The notes under the pieces: model-generated
What the model was told of the DNA's origin: nothing
Database searches by the model: none
Seen by the model: only the letters and a program-made list of their open reading frames with translations
From: Balanoglossus misakiensis
Lineage: Eukaryota > Animalia > Hemichordata
Direction: 5' to 3'
Assembly: GCA_040954595.2 (NCBI GenBank)
Contig: CM082592.2
Coordinates: forward strand, 6,179,531-6,243,530
Length of the DNA stretch: 64,000 bases
Made by a program: the position numbers and the translations under genes
Shown: piece by piece, positions 25,533 to 38,365 of the stretch
Layout: each line of letters begins with the position of its first letter
Numbering within the stretch: the first letter of the stretch is position 1

Positions 25533-26145
25533 CATTAAAATTCAAGAAATACAGAAGAACAAGGAAACAGAATTTTATGTGACGCATGCGCATCAGACAC
25601 ATGATCATTCAGATTATACTAGTAGCTACTGTACTGAGTAGCGGTTAAGCTAGACTAGCCCACTAGTCGCTTGGTGATTTTTTGGTCTCCATAATAAGGG
25701 TTGTGACGTCCATTCTGTGATCGTTCGTTTTCAAATTCCCCAGCTATCTTATTTCATTTTGACTAGTTTTAGCTCAATGGAAATAAATATGTATAGTTTA
25801 TAATGATTATAAAGTGTTAATAGTGTGTTTTCTCTGAATAAAAGACGATTTAAATTTCTAACGCCGTATTTTCTTCCGTCGTCATCTTCCCCAGAAATCA
25901 AATGAATCTTGGGGTGGTGGACAACGACTTTGTGACATTTACCCGATTTCTTTATGTCATATTGACGACAACAACAATGTTGTTTCTCACAAACAACAAT
26001 GACACTCCGGTACCATTTAGGTAAAATTTGTCCTTCCCCAACATTGTTGAGTTAATTTGCTTTTGTGTCAATCAAAATGCAAATTTGAGGAAAGTCTATT
26101 GCACTTTTTAGTGGCAAGAGGTCTGTTTCCGGGAGAGGAAGCGGT

Positions 26146-29100
26146 TCACGTCTCCATCAAACCATGCTTCGCCTTCAACTGTTGAAATCTGTCTTTGGCA
26201 AAGTCATAAAATTCATTTTCCAGGGCCAACCTCTCGTTCATGATTTCTACCACTTTCGGCGAGGGCGCTATTTTCCCAAGTGACTTTGTGCTGGGTATGG
26301 CGCCTGAAATGGGAGAACAACAGACAAGAATTTCAGACACACAACAGCGATTAGTTCTTTCAGATCTGGACAGTGAATAATTATAACAGTGATTCAAATA
26401 TCTTTTGAAATGATTGATGGAATCTTCCCACAATCCTATTCAAGAGCCACCCATTTCTACATCAGGTTTAGTTTCAACCAAACTTTGGTGTGATAAATTT
26501 CGTTTCAATTCTGTAAAATCAATCAATCAATCAATGACTCGCCTGGCGTCTTGTATGTTTCAACGGCGCCTTTATAAAATCGTGGTAACATCAACTCCAG
26601 CAGTTTTAGGGTATTTTCATATTCTTCTGTGAGTCCAATAAAGTAGAAATATTTTACAGCGTTTTCTTTTGCCTTTTCCAGTGCCCATCTGGATGGTGTC
26701 CTGTTTGTTAAAAAGTCCAAGTAAATATATAGAGCGCTTTTGAAATCATTCAGGGAATTGTGTGGTCAAGTCCAATCTGATCGAAATCAGTTGTAGGGTA
26801 CGGCGACGTCTTTTAAATACTCGGTGCAGTATTCTTATGCTGTCGCCGCGCCTCGTCATACCGTGTGAGTAAGACGCTGTCGTACCCTACATCTGATTAT
26901 TATCAGACCCAGGTCAAGTCCAGCAAGGGATGTGAGGTAAAATATATTACATTCCTGACATATTTTGCTTGTTGTTGTAAATAGTAAGTATTACTTATAC
27001 GATCTTTGGCACCAGATCAAAGGCTGTGTGATAAACCGAATCATGGTCTTGCCATGTCCTCATACTCGGACGACTAAACATATAAGATGACACAGAAAAG
27101 TTTTTTTACAAGTTTTCTCTCACCTGCAACCCTTTTCTTGGCCACAGAATGATGGGATTATTCGAAACGAGCCTTCAACGGAACATTCCGGCCTATTTCG
27201 GAGAACACACTCGTCTAAAGTCTGAACAGGTGGGATAAAGAGAAACGGACGTCATCAATCAACATGTGCACGTCATCGATACCTGAACAACTGTCGAGGA
27301 AAGTAACGGACTATTTCAATCATGCTCATTTCCTCTTATTTGGGCTGCAAAACACAGTTCTACTGCTTAAAGGGCCACTTATCTGAAACTCAAGACTTTT
27401 CTGGCCGATTCACTTACTTCAAACTTGTGTCCGCCGTGAAAATGACTCTTGTTGCTGTTTTTCTCGTCGCCGAATCTCTTGAAGTAATAGAGAGAAATGA
27501 ACCTGGATAGGGGTTTGCGAACGATGTTTATGTACGTTGGATTCTTGTAGCCAAACCTACAGTGGAAAAAAACATGGTGGAATTATTTACTGCAAAATCT
27601 TAAGATACAGATGTAGCCCCTTTCCGAGACTTTTCAACAAAAAACATACACCTTTATCACGAAATAAAGTAGAGATTGGGACAAACATTTACAAAACTGG
27701 GACGTACAGGGTGAGAAATTAAGGTGCGCACGGAAACACTCCATACTGGGTGATGCATTATATTTTGGTGCAAGGTGAAATTAAGGTTAGCCTGGTTCCA
27801 CAGGGATAAATTTCGAAGGGAAAAATCGTGGACCAACCTTGTAAAATCGACAAAATGTGTCTGCCTGTAGAACGTAGCTGGCCTCCGCAACATGGAAATT
27901 CGTTCCACCAGTTGTTTCTTAAGAAAGACGGGAAACGCAATGAAAATTTTGTATCATCAAATATTGTCCTCCCTGAAATCGTACAAGCCCCCCCCCCCTC
28001 CCCCAAGGTTTAATTCTGTTCAGGTCCTTACCGCGATATTTGTATTATGATTCTTAGCGTTTGCGGAATGACCGGTCTTATGCGCATGTGCGTAATTTCG
28101 TGTGTTACAATATGGTCGCCGCCATCTTGTCTGTTGTTAGGCGTTGAATGTATATAATTTTTGTTACCAGAGTCTCTGGTTTGGCACATGCGCATAACAC
28201 CAACCGATTGCAAATGAAACTATGCCCGTATCGAAACGCCGAGGACTACCTATCATTTTAGCCCCTTGGACGACCACACTCCCTGAAAAAAAAAAATCAA
28301 AGTCGAGGGGGGCGTACCTGTTGGCGCTTAGTTAAATATGGATGCAGATATGCCATCATGGGCTGACCAGCGGCGGTGAAGTTGTTCTGCTTTCCCAAGA
28401 GCCTCAGTAAATACACCATCGTCCGACCTCCGCATTTGCCAACTTTACTGTAGAAAACCAGATTGGTCTGCAAATGTTCAAAATGGAGGAAAAGGTGGTC
28501 ATCTTGCTATGTGATCGTATGCTGAAAATTAGTGCGATGTGAACGAGTTGATTGAAACCCCATCAGCTGTAATGCCCGACACAATTTCAGCTGTGTGTGT
28601 GGGTTTAGACTCCTCAGCACAAGCCGAATTTGTCAAGTCAACATTTTATATACAAACTCAAAATCAGGCCACGAATTCACTTTTCAACGCTTCGACAGTG
28701 GTCGCCGGGTTCACCAATCAAAACTCACCGGCTTCAGATGACTGGAGACATTCGCCGAGAATCCGGAGTCACCGCTGCCTGCCGAGGGAACTGAGAGAAG
28801 GCGAGAGAAACGAGAATAAGTAACAGTCACACAGACATGCTATTCTGGTCCCCTGCCCCATTCCCACCGCTGGCTGCGCTACGCTAAACTTTCCCTTTAG
28901 CGTAGCGCAGCCAGCGGTGGGTATGGGGCAGGGGACCAGACTATGCCTACAGGGTTTTATATGTGGTTGTCAGTTTGCTGATTGTTATTTTATCGATGAA
29001 TGGTAAACACAAAAATAAAGTTTAAAAAACAAGGTTTTCCCGGATAAAGTGCTGAGCCAGCACTTTTCTGACATTCCCCACGCTTTTCGATATGGTAACA

Positions 29101-29336
29101 GTTTAAATGGCAACCCCCGTGTTATATTGAATTCACCAGTGGACACACTTACCTTCAGAATATCCCGGACGGATGGCGAAACTGGCGGTGATATTATTAG
29201 TGTTCCCGGTGTAAATATATGCGCAGTACACGTACACAAAAACGCATGCCGCGACAAAAATTATGATCCTGGTAAGCACGGATCGACGCGGTTCGGCTGC
29301 AAGCGCGCACGTGCTAAGTTCCCTACTCAGTCCCAT
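26146..29336 (-). CDS. UST: Uronyl 2-O-sulfotransferase-like, copy 2 (divergent active site); exons 29336-29153, 28790-28729, 28467-28318, 27917-27838, 27556-27418, 27221-27124, 26700-26543, 26303-26146
   Basis: TM anchor [20 protein letters not shown]; [12 protein letters not shown]; FYRQTHF; [22 protein letters not shown]; [10 protein letters not shown]; [13 protein letters not shown]. Exon phases match copy 1; one GC donor at 26542-26541. Confidence 0.9.
28841..28943. mobile_element. Palindromic MITE-like hairpin in intron 1 of UST copy 2
   Basis: 45-bp arms 28844-28888 and 28896-28940 with one mismatch, 7-nt loop, TA at both outer ends. Confidence 0.75.
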
Positions 29337-29979
29337 TGCCACGGCAATACAGGCCAAACCCACACTCAAATCCGCGTTTCAATATCGACGAGACGATATC
29401 TTGACTCGCCGACGGAGATAGAACTATCGTAGAGAGCTAATCCTAAAAGAGATCTAACGTCCACGAGACAAAAATAAAATGAAAGTAGACACACAAAGCC
29501 TATTGTTATTTTATAAAAATTCGTGTTGCTTCCAATGCACATTTGCATTACAAACCCCATCAGTTATTATATTCTATAAAACAGCGTTCGCGATTGAAAA
29601 GTGTTCTATTCGCTGCCGGGCGGATGTAAACGTGTCTTGGCAGATGACATCGTGGAAATCGCCGGATCAATTTATTCAGCATTGCACGGGCCAGGAATAA
29701 ATGGCGCGATTGAATAAAATATATTACAGGTCGAAAACATACACAGAAAAAAGTTATATAAGTCTTCCAGTTAAATAACATCGTACACATACTTAAAATA
29801 TTTATTTATCGACCTCCGTTAGAGAGAAAATAAGTAGAAAATGTTAAAATTGGTAAGCTCAATGCCCCGATAAACGGTAAACTAAAAGTTAAAATGAAGG
29901 AGCATAGGAGTCGAACTATCCTTTAAGTTAATCAGTAAGCACTTGATAAAATTTAGTGGGAAATGTCAAACATTTTTTT

Positions 29980-32900
29980 TCAATCGGAAGTCATCGTCGT
30001 CGGTGTTAGTCCATATTCGGCCTTTAATCGATAGAACCTTCTTTTGATGAATTCATAGAATTCATTTTCCAGAGCCAGTCTCGCGTTCAGGATCTGAACG
30101 ACTTCCGGCGAGGGCGCCACTTTCGTTTTCGTCTTTGTAACATCTTCGTGTCCCGAACCTGAAATTATCGAGAGAGAAGAACATGTAAAGTTCACGTCAG
30201 ACGATAAAACACCAGCAAACTTATTTGGAGAATGTTTGACATCGGGGATGATAAACCGCTACCAGTTAATTGACCAGAGCTGGCAACTGCATTCACAAGC
30301 CAGGTTAACGTTGTCACTATTACTTTCAAAGTCACATTAACGAAGAATTAGCCAATTTTCGAAGTTTTATAACGTCACGTCCGTGGGTAGCATCACAGAA
30401 GTGAGACATTAACATCAGCTCTCACCTAGATCTTTGTATATTTCGACTGCACCTTCGAAATACCGCGGAAGCATTTTCTCCAGGATTTTCACGGTATCCT
30501 CGAATTCTTCACTGAGGCCGACGAACAGGAAATATTTTTCGACGTTTTCTTTTGCTCTATCCAGCGCCCACCTGGACGTGTTTCTGTTCATAACAAAAAT
30601 AAGCTTCGTTAAACGGAGACGAGGGAACCAGTTTGGGAAGAAAATACTCTCTAACTTCAAGAATTAAGAAATGGGCTACGTTTTACATGAGGCCCACATG
30701 TAATAGCCATTGATATATATTAATGTTGTCTGTCCTGTGTCACATGAGGATACGTCCTCCAATATAAACTGCTTTGCCACGCGAGATCTCGCAGGATCTC
30801 GTCGAGTTCGGATAAGGGTCTATTGTGTGGTTACCTGCATCGACTGTCTTGTCCGCAGAAGTACGGTATGATGTAGAAAATGTTATTCCCTGAGCACTCC
30901 CCTTTATTCTGAAGTACACACTCGTTTATTGTCTGTAAAAAGAAATTGGGGGGGGGGGGACATTTATTTGTTAATTTTAGGCCAAAAATGAAGAAAGTAG
31001 CGCAGTTGCGGTCGAGTGACCGTGGTTTCGACAGTGATGCGATGGTGGATTTAAACCCCGTTGATTGGTGGACAGTACGTAACCGAAACCATCATCAGTC
31101 CAGCCCCGAATTCGAATCTTTATCAAGCCAAAAAAATCACCAAGCGACTAGTCGGCTAGTCACAGCAATCGATGATTAGAAGCACAAATGTCTCAAAGCG
31201 GCGACCCCCCCCCCCCCCCACTGTCATTTGGAACTCACCTGATTAATACGAAGACTTGGGGTATCTCTCTGAATTTTCCCGTCGCCAAATCTCTTGTGGT
31301 AGTACAAGGACACCAGGCGAGGTACCGGCTGGCGGACAATATTGATGTACGTCGGATTTTCAAAACCAAACCTGAAGCGACATAAAACTGCGAGTGTTAA
31401 CGATTCTTGACGTACATTCGCGACGCGCCCCAGGCTCCCCCCCCCCCCACCACCACCGCGCCTCTGCGTTTTACATTATACGTTTCCAGAACACGCCGTC
31501 AATCACGCTGGAAAGTTTACCTTTAAATTTCTCTCAAATATGAAAACGCGGGGAAAGAAATCTGCTCTAGCTTTCAGGAAAACGAAAGGGGCATAAACAC
31601 GTCAATCCCCAACAAAGCGAAAAAGTTCAGACGAAGACAAGAATCAGTAAAAAGTGAATTCAGACAGCAGTATCAAAGGAAAAGGTCGGTTGACAACTGT
31701 ATGGTTGTATCGTATATAAAAACTGTAAAATAAACCAAAGTGCAAAAAAACTACTATAGTCAACCAGTTACCTATTGAAGTTAATAAAATGCGCATGTCT
31801 GTAAAATGTTGCTGGTCTTGGCGTGTTTAAAATCATCTTTACCAAGTGTTCCTGAGAAAGAGAGAGAGGGGAGACATAGGGGAGAGAGAGAGAAAGAGAC
31901 AGAGATATTCAGCAAATAATCATCGACTCAGTTTTATAAACGAAATCTGCTCGGATCGAGTAATCAGAGGTTGCTTTCAAGTCCAAGGCCTCGCCGACGA
32001 AGACATGCATGTCATGCCCCGACTGTGGTTCAAGTAACGGGGTGGAGAGTTCAAGGTTATCTAACAGTAGGCTGGCTAGGTATCGTACAACTTGGAGTGG
32101 CATTTTCATCGGACATCGTCCTTCGTTCTCCGCTGCAAAACTCACAACCCCGGGCTAGGTCAATGCGCATTCTGAACACGTCTAGGCCTAAACTACTATA
32201 CCTGTTCTTGGAGCGACATGCTCGGCCTCATCTCGCGCGTCTTGCTCTGCCCGGCAGCCGTGAAACGGTTCCGACGTCCAAGCGCCGACAGCAAGTACAT
32301 AAATGAACGACTTCCACATTTTCCAACTTTATTGTAGAATACCAAGTCGGTCTGTGAAACAACAGCACGAGAAAAAATAGGGGGAGTTAGAGGTCGAGGG
32401 AGAGGTAGAGAGAGAGAGAGGTAGAGAGAGGAGGGTAGAGAGAGGGGAGAAAGAGAGAAAGTTCATGAGACAGTAAAATTATCTTTCCCAGGTGTACCGA
32501 CCGAGTAACCAATTACAATGTGTAATGCATACTTACTGCTGAATGACGTTCGCTGTCCACTGGAAGAAATCTGGGAAACCCGTCGTCATTAGCAGCATCA
32601 TCTGTTAGGTGTAGTAAAAATTCGAATCAATCTTAAGAGGTACAATATTATAGAAAGTATGGCGTGGCTGAGAGCCAGCTAAATCTACATCTTCGCACTT
32701 ATAGTTATACATGCACAGGTACATGTACATCTGTTGTGTGTGTGTAAGGCGATTCTCAGCAAGTCTTCTCGCACATCTGTCATTTGAATATTATAGCAGG
32801 ACCTTGTCTTATCCAGAATGAAGACTGGATAAGCGGGTCCCCATATGTTGTCTGTCAGGACGTCTGTGTCGACCGACAGTGGTAGTTGCCTAACATTGCA

Positions 32901-33403
32901 ACGTCAATGGTAATATACAAAAGAGGACCAGCAAAGGAACTATAGTGTGAGAAGTTTTCGTGTGCACACGCCGGCATTTTTTATGGATTTTAAATGTTTC
33001 TTGTCAGAAACTCTGTCTGAATTCTACCATAGTCCCTCAGGAATTATTATGATCATAGCTTGTTTCTTTAGCATTCGGCTTGTCAACGCATACTCAGTTA
33101 ATAACTATTTAGGCCTGAGTAAGCACCGTTATCGTTTACAATTAAATTTAAGCTGGGACTTCGAATGATAATGTTACCCGGTTGATAAGGGAAACGTGGG
33201 CGATGCATACGAATTCGGTGGGGGGGGGGAGGGGCATTTGCCAAGGGAAACTCACCCAAGTCCGGAAGTGTACTTGGTCCCGACCAGTAAATCAGGTAAA
33301 TGGAGCCAAAGACAGCGAGCGTGAACAGAAATGATAAGTAGATGGTCCTGTGTCGTTTCTCGAACAAATAAGAAGTAAGAAGAGTAAACATTCTCGTCGA
33401 CAT
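29980..33403 (-). CDS. UST: Uronyl 2-O-sulfotransferase-like, copy 3; exons 33403-33256, 32601-32537, 32351-32202, 31851-31772, 31371-31239, 30932-30835, 30583-30426, 30158-29980
   Basis: TM anchor IYLSFLFTLAVFGSIYLIYW; [12 protein letters not shown]; FYRHAHF; INIVRQPVPRLVSLYYHKRFGD; IIPYFCGQ; [10 protein letters not shown]; [13 protein letters not shown]. All introns GT-AG and in phase. Confidence 0.9.
32395..32460. repeat. Imperfect (GA)n microsatellite; a similar tract is at ~31855-31905
   Basis: agaggtagagagagagagaggtagagaggagggtagag...; on the - strand both form pyrimidine tracts near UST copy 3 acceptors. Confidence 0.8.
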
Positions 33404-35180
33404 TGCTGCCACAGTAACCATTATATAGACCACAATTAATATGGCAGACGGGCGGGCTAGGCGAGCTTTGTGTTGTAGATGGTCCAGACAGATTCCAAAC
33501 TTCGCTGTCAGGCTGACCGCATAGTTAAGGCTAAGTAGCACACTCGAGATCAGTCTATCCGGGTCGAGTTCAACCATGGACTGTAGAATCAACTCTCAAA
33601 CAGTTTTATGATATGAAGGGCAATGGTGGCGGGCTGTCACGGCGTCGTTTCCACTCGCTGAACTCGCATCTCGCCAGTGCGATGTTTGGCCGGCCGGCTG
33701 CTGAATGCAAAACAGCGTGGCAGAAATCTTGACTTGCGTGACGTAACTCGGGTTTTAACAACATAGCCCGGCGGCAGGCATGTTATATCATAGGTTCTAC
33801 GCGTACGTCCTCGGCGGATTCCAATGAGCACACACTGCGCGACTGGTAGACTGCAGCTTCCACCCCGCAAACAACGTCACATCCTGGCTTTTCTCACCGT
33901 GATGATAATGGTTCTTCTCCGCCGGCCTCTTGCATGCGACCGCATTGCTAATCCCTCGGCAACTGACTCAGCATGAAGAGACTGACGACCCTGTCAAACT
34001 TTGACCTGTGGCCAGCGGGGGCGTTTAAAAATACGTACACGAGGACACATGTTTGACTTTTGACCTATCACATTTCAAGGCGAAGTCGACTTTACTCTGA
34101 GTAAAAACAGGCCTAGACAACTTGCGCCATGAAATAACGTCCATCAGCATTTTTGCGTTTAAAATTTGTATAGTGTCATTGACTATCCTTGGGAGATATA
34201 CATTATTCACAAATAATTTTTACTAGTAATAGACTACCGAAGTTGCGTCAGAACTAAACGAAGGTTTACAAGAGAACGGGAGTTTCAAAGCGCAAATTTG
34301 CGACAGATACAGAATAATAGCATATAAGACTACCCTCTCCGTTATGCTTGTCCAAATTTTCGCAGCGCGCACGACAAACTCGGACCAGGTACTTAGCTAG
34401 ACAACATCCGCACACGCCGTGACACGGTTCCCGCTTGATCATGCTAATTGGAGGGCCGTCGGATAACATTACAGCGCCAGTGAAAAGATTGTCTTGGTCC
34501 GCAAATATGTTCTGGTGGGCTTTCTTCCTGTGTTTCGGGGAGAACGTATTGTTTTGGGGGTCACACACACATATAGGGTGGAGGAAGTGCGCATGGCAGT
34601 TTGGTTCACTCGCATGCGGATGTTGAAGTCGCCGGGTTTAAAATCCCCTGTAGGCTATCGTTAGAAAATGCCAAGTGGATAGAACGTAACTGTTCTGTGT
34701 TGGGAATCAATACGCTTTGGTCGCCTCAAAATTTAGAACATTGCCATTTTCCAGATTTTATATAGGCCCATAGTGTTTATATTCAATGAATGTTAAAAAC
34801 AAACAATAAATGACTTTTAAATCATACCTGTGACCACGGTCTTGGCAACGACGCGCGGTTGCTAAGGATAAGGCTACGGGATGAGTCAACTTTTCAACCA
34901 TCCATACCTGGAAGGTATATATCTTCATTCAAATTCAACAATGCAGCAATATAACATTCATAAAAATGCCAGACGATCGAAAACGGCATAAAAGTCACTT
35001 TACCTCGGCACCGAAGAAATCGATTTATTGTCACGTGGTACCATTTCCTTTCCTTTGCTTTAGCTTGCATTGACTGTATAAAACTTTTATAACCAGAGTC
35101 TCTGGTTTGGTACGTGCTCATAGGACGATCGTCGAGAGCTTTGTGGTCGATCACGTCCTTTTCTACAGGACACGTATGAG

Positions 35181-35357
35181 AAAACTGACTTTCGTGAAAA
35201 AGGGAATATTTGGCAGAATTCCGCATAAACTGCAGTGCGACCTGGTTGCAACCTTACAGTTATTAATGTCAAAAAACTGACTTTCGTGAAAAAGGGAATA
35301 TTTGGCAGAATTCCGCATAAACTGTAGTGCGACCTGGTTGCAACAGTTATTAATGTC
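35181..35357. repeat. Tandem duplication, two copies, period 92 bp
   Basis: aaaactgactttcgtgaaaaagggaatatttggcagaattccgcataaactg... starts at 35181 and again at 35273, nearly identical. Confidence 0.9.
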
Positions 35358-36529
35358 CTAGGACAAAATATAATGCCAAGTGCACTGTCACGCAATCGTG
35401 TGTATTTTGTAAAGTACTGTCATGTCACCACGGATTGTCAAGTGATGATTGCTTTCCAGGGGATAATGGCAACAACATATGTTATATACACAGCACCATT
35501 CAATAATCGCGCATATAATTTCTTAACTTAAAAAAATGTTATTTTGTCCTTTGTTTAGACGATCGAACTCAACACAACGTTACAAATTAACTCCGCGTTC
35601 TAACCGCCGGCGAAAATCGATGTAAGATCACGTGATTCTATTCGGATTCTTATATTCACTTCCTCTATGAATCGGAACACATCCCCTGCAGACGTTCTCA
35701 CAAAACGTTCTTGTGTATAGGTTTACTTCATTTGTACTGCGTGTCTTCATTCATTTCCAAAGATGCGTGAATATAAAGGCTCTTTAAAACGATGTATTTA
35801 TGGCAAATGACTTCACAATTATCGCCCAAACACGTACACGCCCACTACCCCTCCAAACACACCTGATACGGATACATATCGGGCGCCTTACCGTAGTATT
35901 TCGCCAAGTTTTGGGACAGTTACAATTTTCTGTTTAAGCAAACGTTCCTTAAATGATTATTTAATTATTATCGCGTCATTTTGCCACTTTTATTGATTGA
36001 TTGACTTACTGATTGACTAATTATCACTGACTTGACTTGACCAATTAACTGATCAATTTATTAACTGATTAATTAATTAAAACCGCTACCATCTTTATTT
36101 CTTGACTCACCAAAATATGTCTACCAGAGGCTGCACTATAGTGAGCATTGAACGCTGTTTGAAGATTTCTAAATTCTACGCTACGTATAGCACATCTTCT
36201 GGTCAGAGCCAATGTTTATTTACGTTTACACACGAGCAGTATATGCCCTGCTACTTGTGGATTTCAAATGAAAGTTGACACTGTATAAGAGTGGTGTTTA
36301 CAATGAAACGTGTTCATCTCCGAGTTCGTGATTTTGCTTTCATGGAAACCAAGATCGATATTCGCGTCTTATTCGACAGTTTCCTACCCGCTATTCATAT
36401 TTCTTATTGATCACGTGACACGGGTCGGGCAAAAGAAAAAAAAGCGCCCTTGCCTGCGCATTTTACCCGTGTCTCTGAATCAAGGCACTAGAGGAAAAAA
36501 ATCACATCACAGCGGCATTGACAGGGAAA

Positions 36530-38365
36530 ATGTTTCGTTTGGCACAGGTAGTAGTTTCCTTGATACAGGCGAGTCAACTTTACGTGCAGTTCGTTGATGC
36601 AGGTACGTGTTAGTATACGAGGTTTATACCACATCTCTCATATTCATTTTAATTGGGCTAGTTGAAGCTTTCTTTGAAGGGACGGGTGAAAAAATTGTGT
36701 TCTGGGTTCGTTGAGTTCTCATTGATTTATATAATCAATGGGCCAATGTGGTAATCGTTTAATTTTAACACATAAAGATTTGTTGAATTAAAATTCCCCT
36801 GAAGACTTTGAGCAAGTCTAGCGCTGTACCTACCAAACTTGGTTGTCACTGTGTTTCGGGTATCATCTGAAATCCGGTGCGCCTTTTAGGTCTAATAACG
36901 ATTTTTCTTGTCGTTGCTTTATTAGCGTGTCCACCGGACCAGTTCGGTTATGAAGGCGCGTGCTACCAGTATTTCACCAATCCTGTCTTCTACGTCGACG
37001 GTCGAGCGGCGTGCGCGTTCAACGAGCCTCCCGGAGATTACCCCGTCATCGAGAAGGCCGCCGACCAGGCATTTCTGGCCGGTGTCGTCGATCCCAGCTA
37101 CAGCTACTGGTTGGGCATCCGCGACGCTAGCGGTGGGGAACCGCTCGCTTACGTGTGGGTTGACGGCAGGCTGCTGACAGATGTTGGGTACCAGAGCTGG
37201 TCGACTTCGGCGGGGCCACACGCATGTGCAATCATGGACAAGTACGAGAGTTTCCTCTGGCGGTCACAGGACTGCCTTATGATGTACTCGTATATTTGCA
37301 AGTTTCCCGGTGAGTGGCTGTTCTTTGCCTCGGATGACATTTTAACTGTACACCTTACTCGGTTGTTTCGGTTGATTTGAGTTTCGTCGTTCCCGCCACA
37401 GATAAGGAGACAACATTTGTCGATTCACCAAAACCGAACCGTTTGTCACGGCAGTTCTTCTGTGATTAAATAACTTTCAAATTTCAACGAGTATTATCTT
37501 TTGTACCACTTGACATGAAAAATAAATAATAAGGATAACACGTTCAACTTTTTTCCCGCTTTTTTGCCATTTTGTTACAGGGCTGCCGACAATATCAGGG
37601 GATAAGAACTTCACGACTGACGTCATCACTACTGAGTCACCAACGACCACTGCTACCACTGCACGGCCACCGCCCACTACCGTTGCTACGTCAAGAGCGC
37701 GATCGACAAGTGGTGTGACCACTATTCCCGCCAGCACGGAGGAACCAACAACCACCATCACCACAACTGAGCCACCGACAACCGCACCAACGACATCGGT
37801 CACCACTTCGGTGCCACCAACAACCACTGTCGCCAGCACGAGGCCACCGACAACCGTAGCAGTAGGGCCACCAACAACTATTCCCGCCACTTCAGCAGCG
37901 CCACAGACGACAACGGTCACCACTTCGGCGATGCCACCACCAACAACCGCTGTTGCCATCATCACCACAGTTGAACCACTGACAACCGCAGCAACGACCA
38001 CCGCCGGTCCAACCACGCAGCCAAGAACGGCTACTCCAACAACAACTAACCCCATTGCAACAGAGCCACCAACGACCGCGACCGCGGCATCCACTGCGGA
38101 AACGACCGTAACAACACCGCTCGGGTCACCAGACCCCACCTTGCGGGGGGCGCTGGCTCGGCCCTGGGGCGGCAGCGCGAGGGACCAAGTAACCCGCGGT
38201 ATGCCCTCCTACGTGCTTTCCTCCCTGTTGATCACACTGGCCACATTTATAATCATTTGGGACTGTTACGTCTATATCACCTCTGTCAGAAGGCGTAAAC
38301 GGAATACAAACGAGGAATGGAAAATAGAAAGAAATCATCTCACAGAAGCAGAATCTTCTTGCTAA
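36530..38365 (+). CDS. Type I membrane protein: signal peptide + C-type lectin-like domain + Thr/Pro-rich mucin stalk + TM + short tail; exons 36530-36602, 36926-37309, 37581-38365
   Basis: Exon 1 MFRLAQVVVSLIQASQLYVQFVDA (phase 1); exon 2 CPPDQFGYEGACY...YWLGIRD...YVWVDG...CAIM...WRSQDC...YICK (CTLD cysteines and WIGL-like motif); exon 3 T/P-rich, then YVLSSLLITLATFIIIWDCYVYITSV-RRRKR; AATAAA directly after the stop. Confidence 0.85.

Noticed and set aside
37477-38139. 220-aa Val/Gly-rich ORF on the - strand
   Set aside because: Antisense shadow of the Thr/Pro-rich mucin exon (ACN codons read as NGT/GTN).
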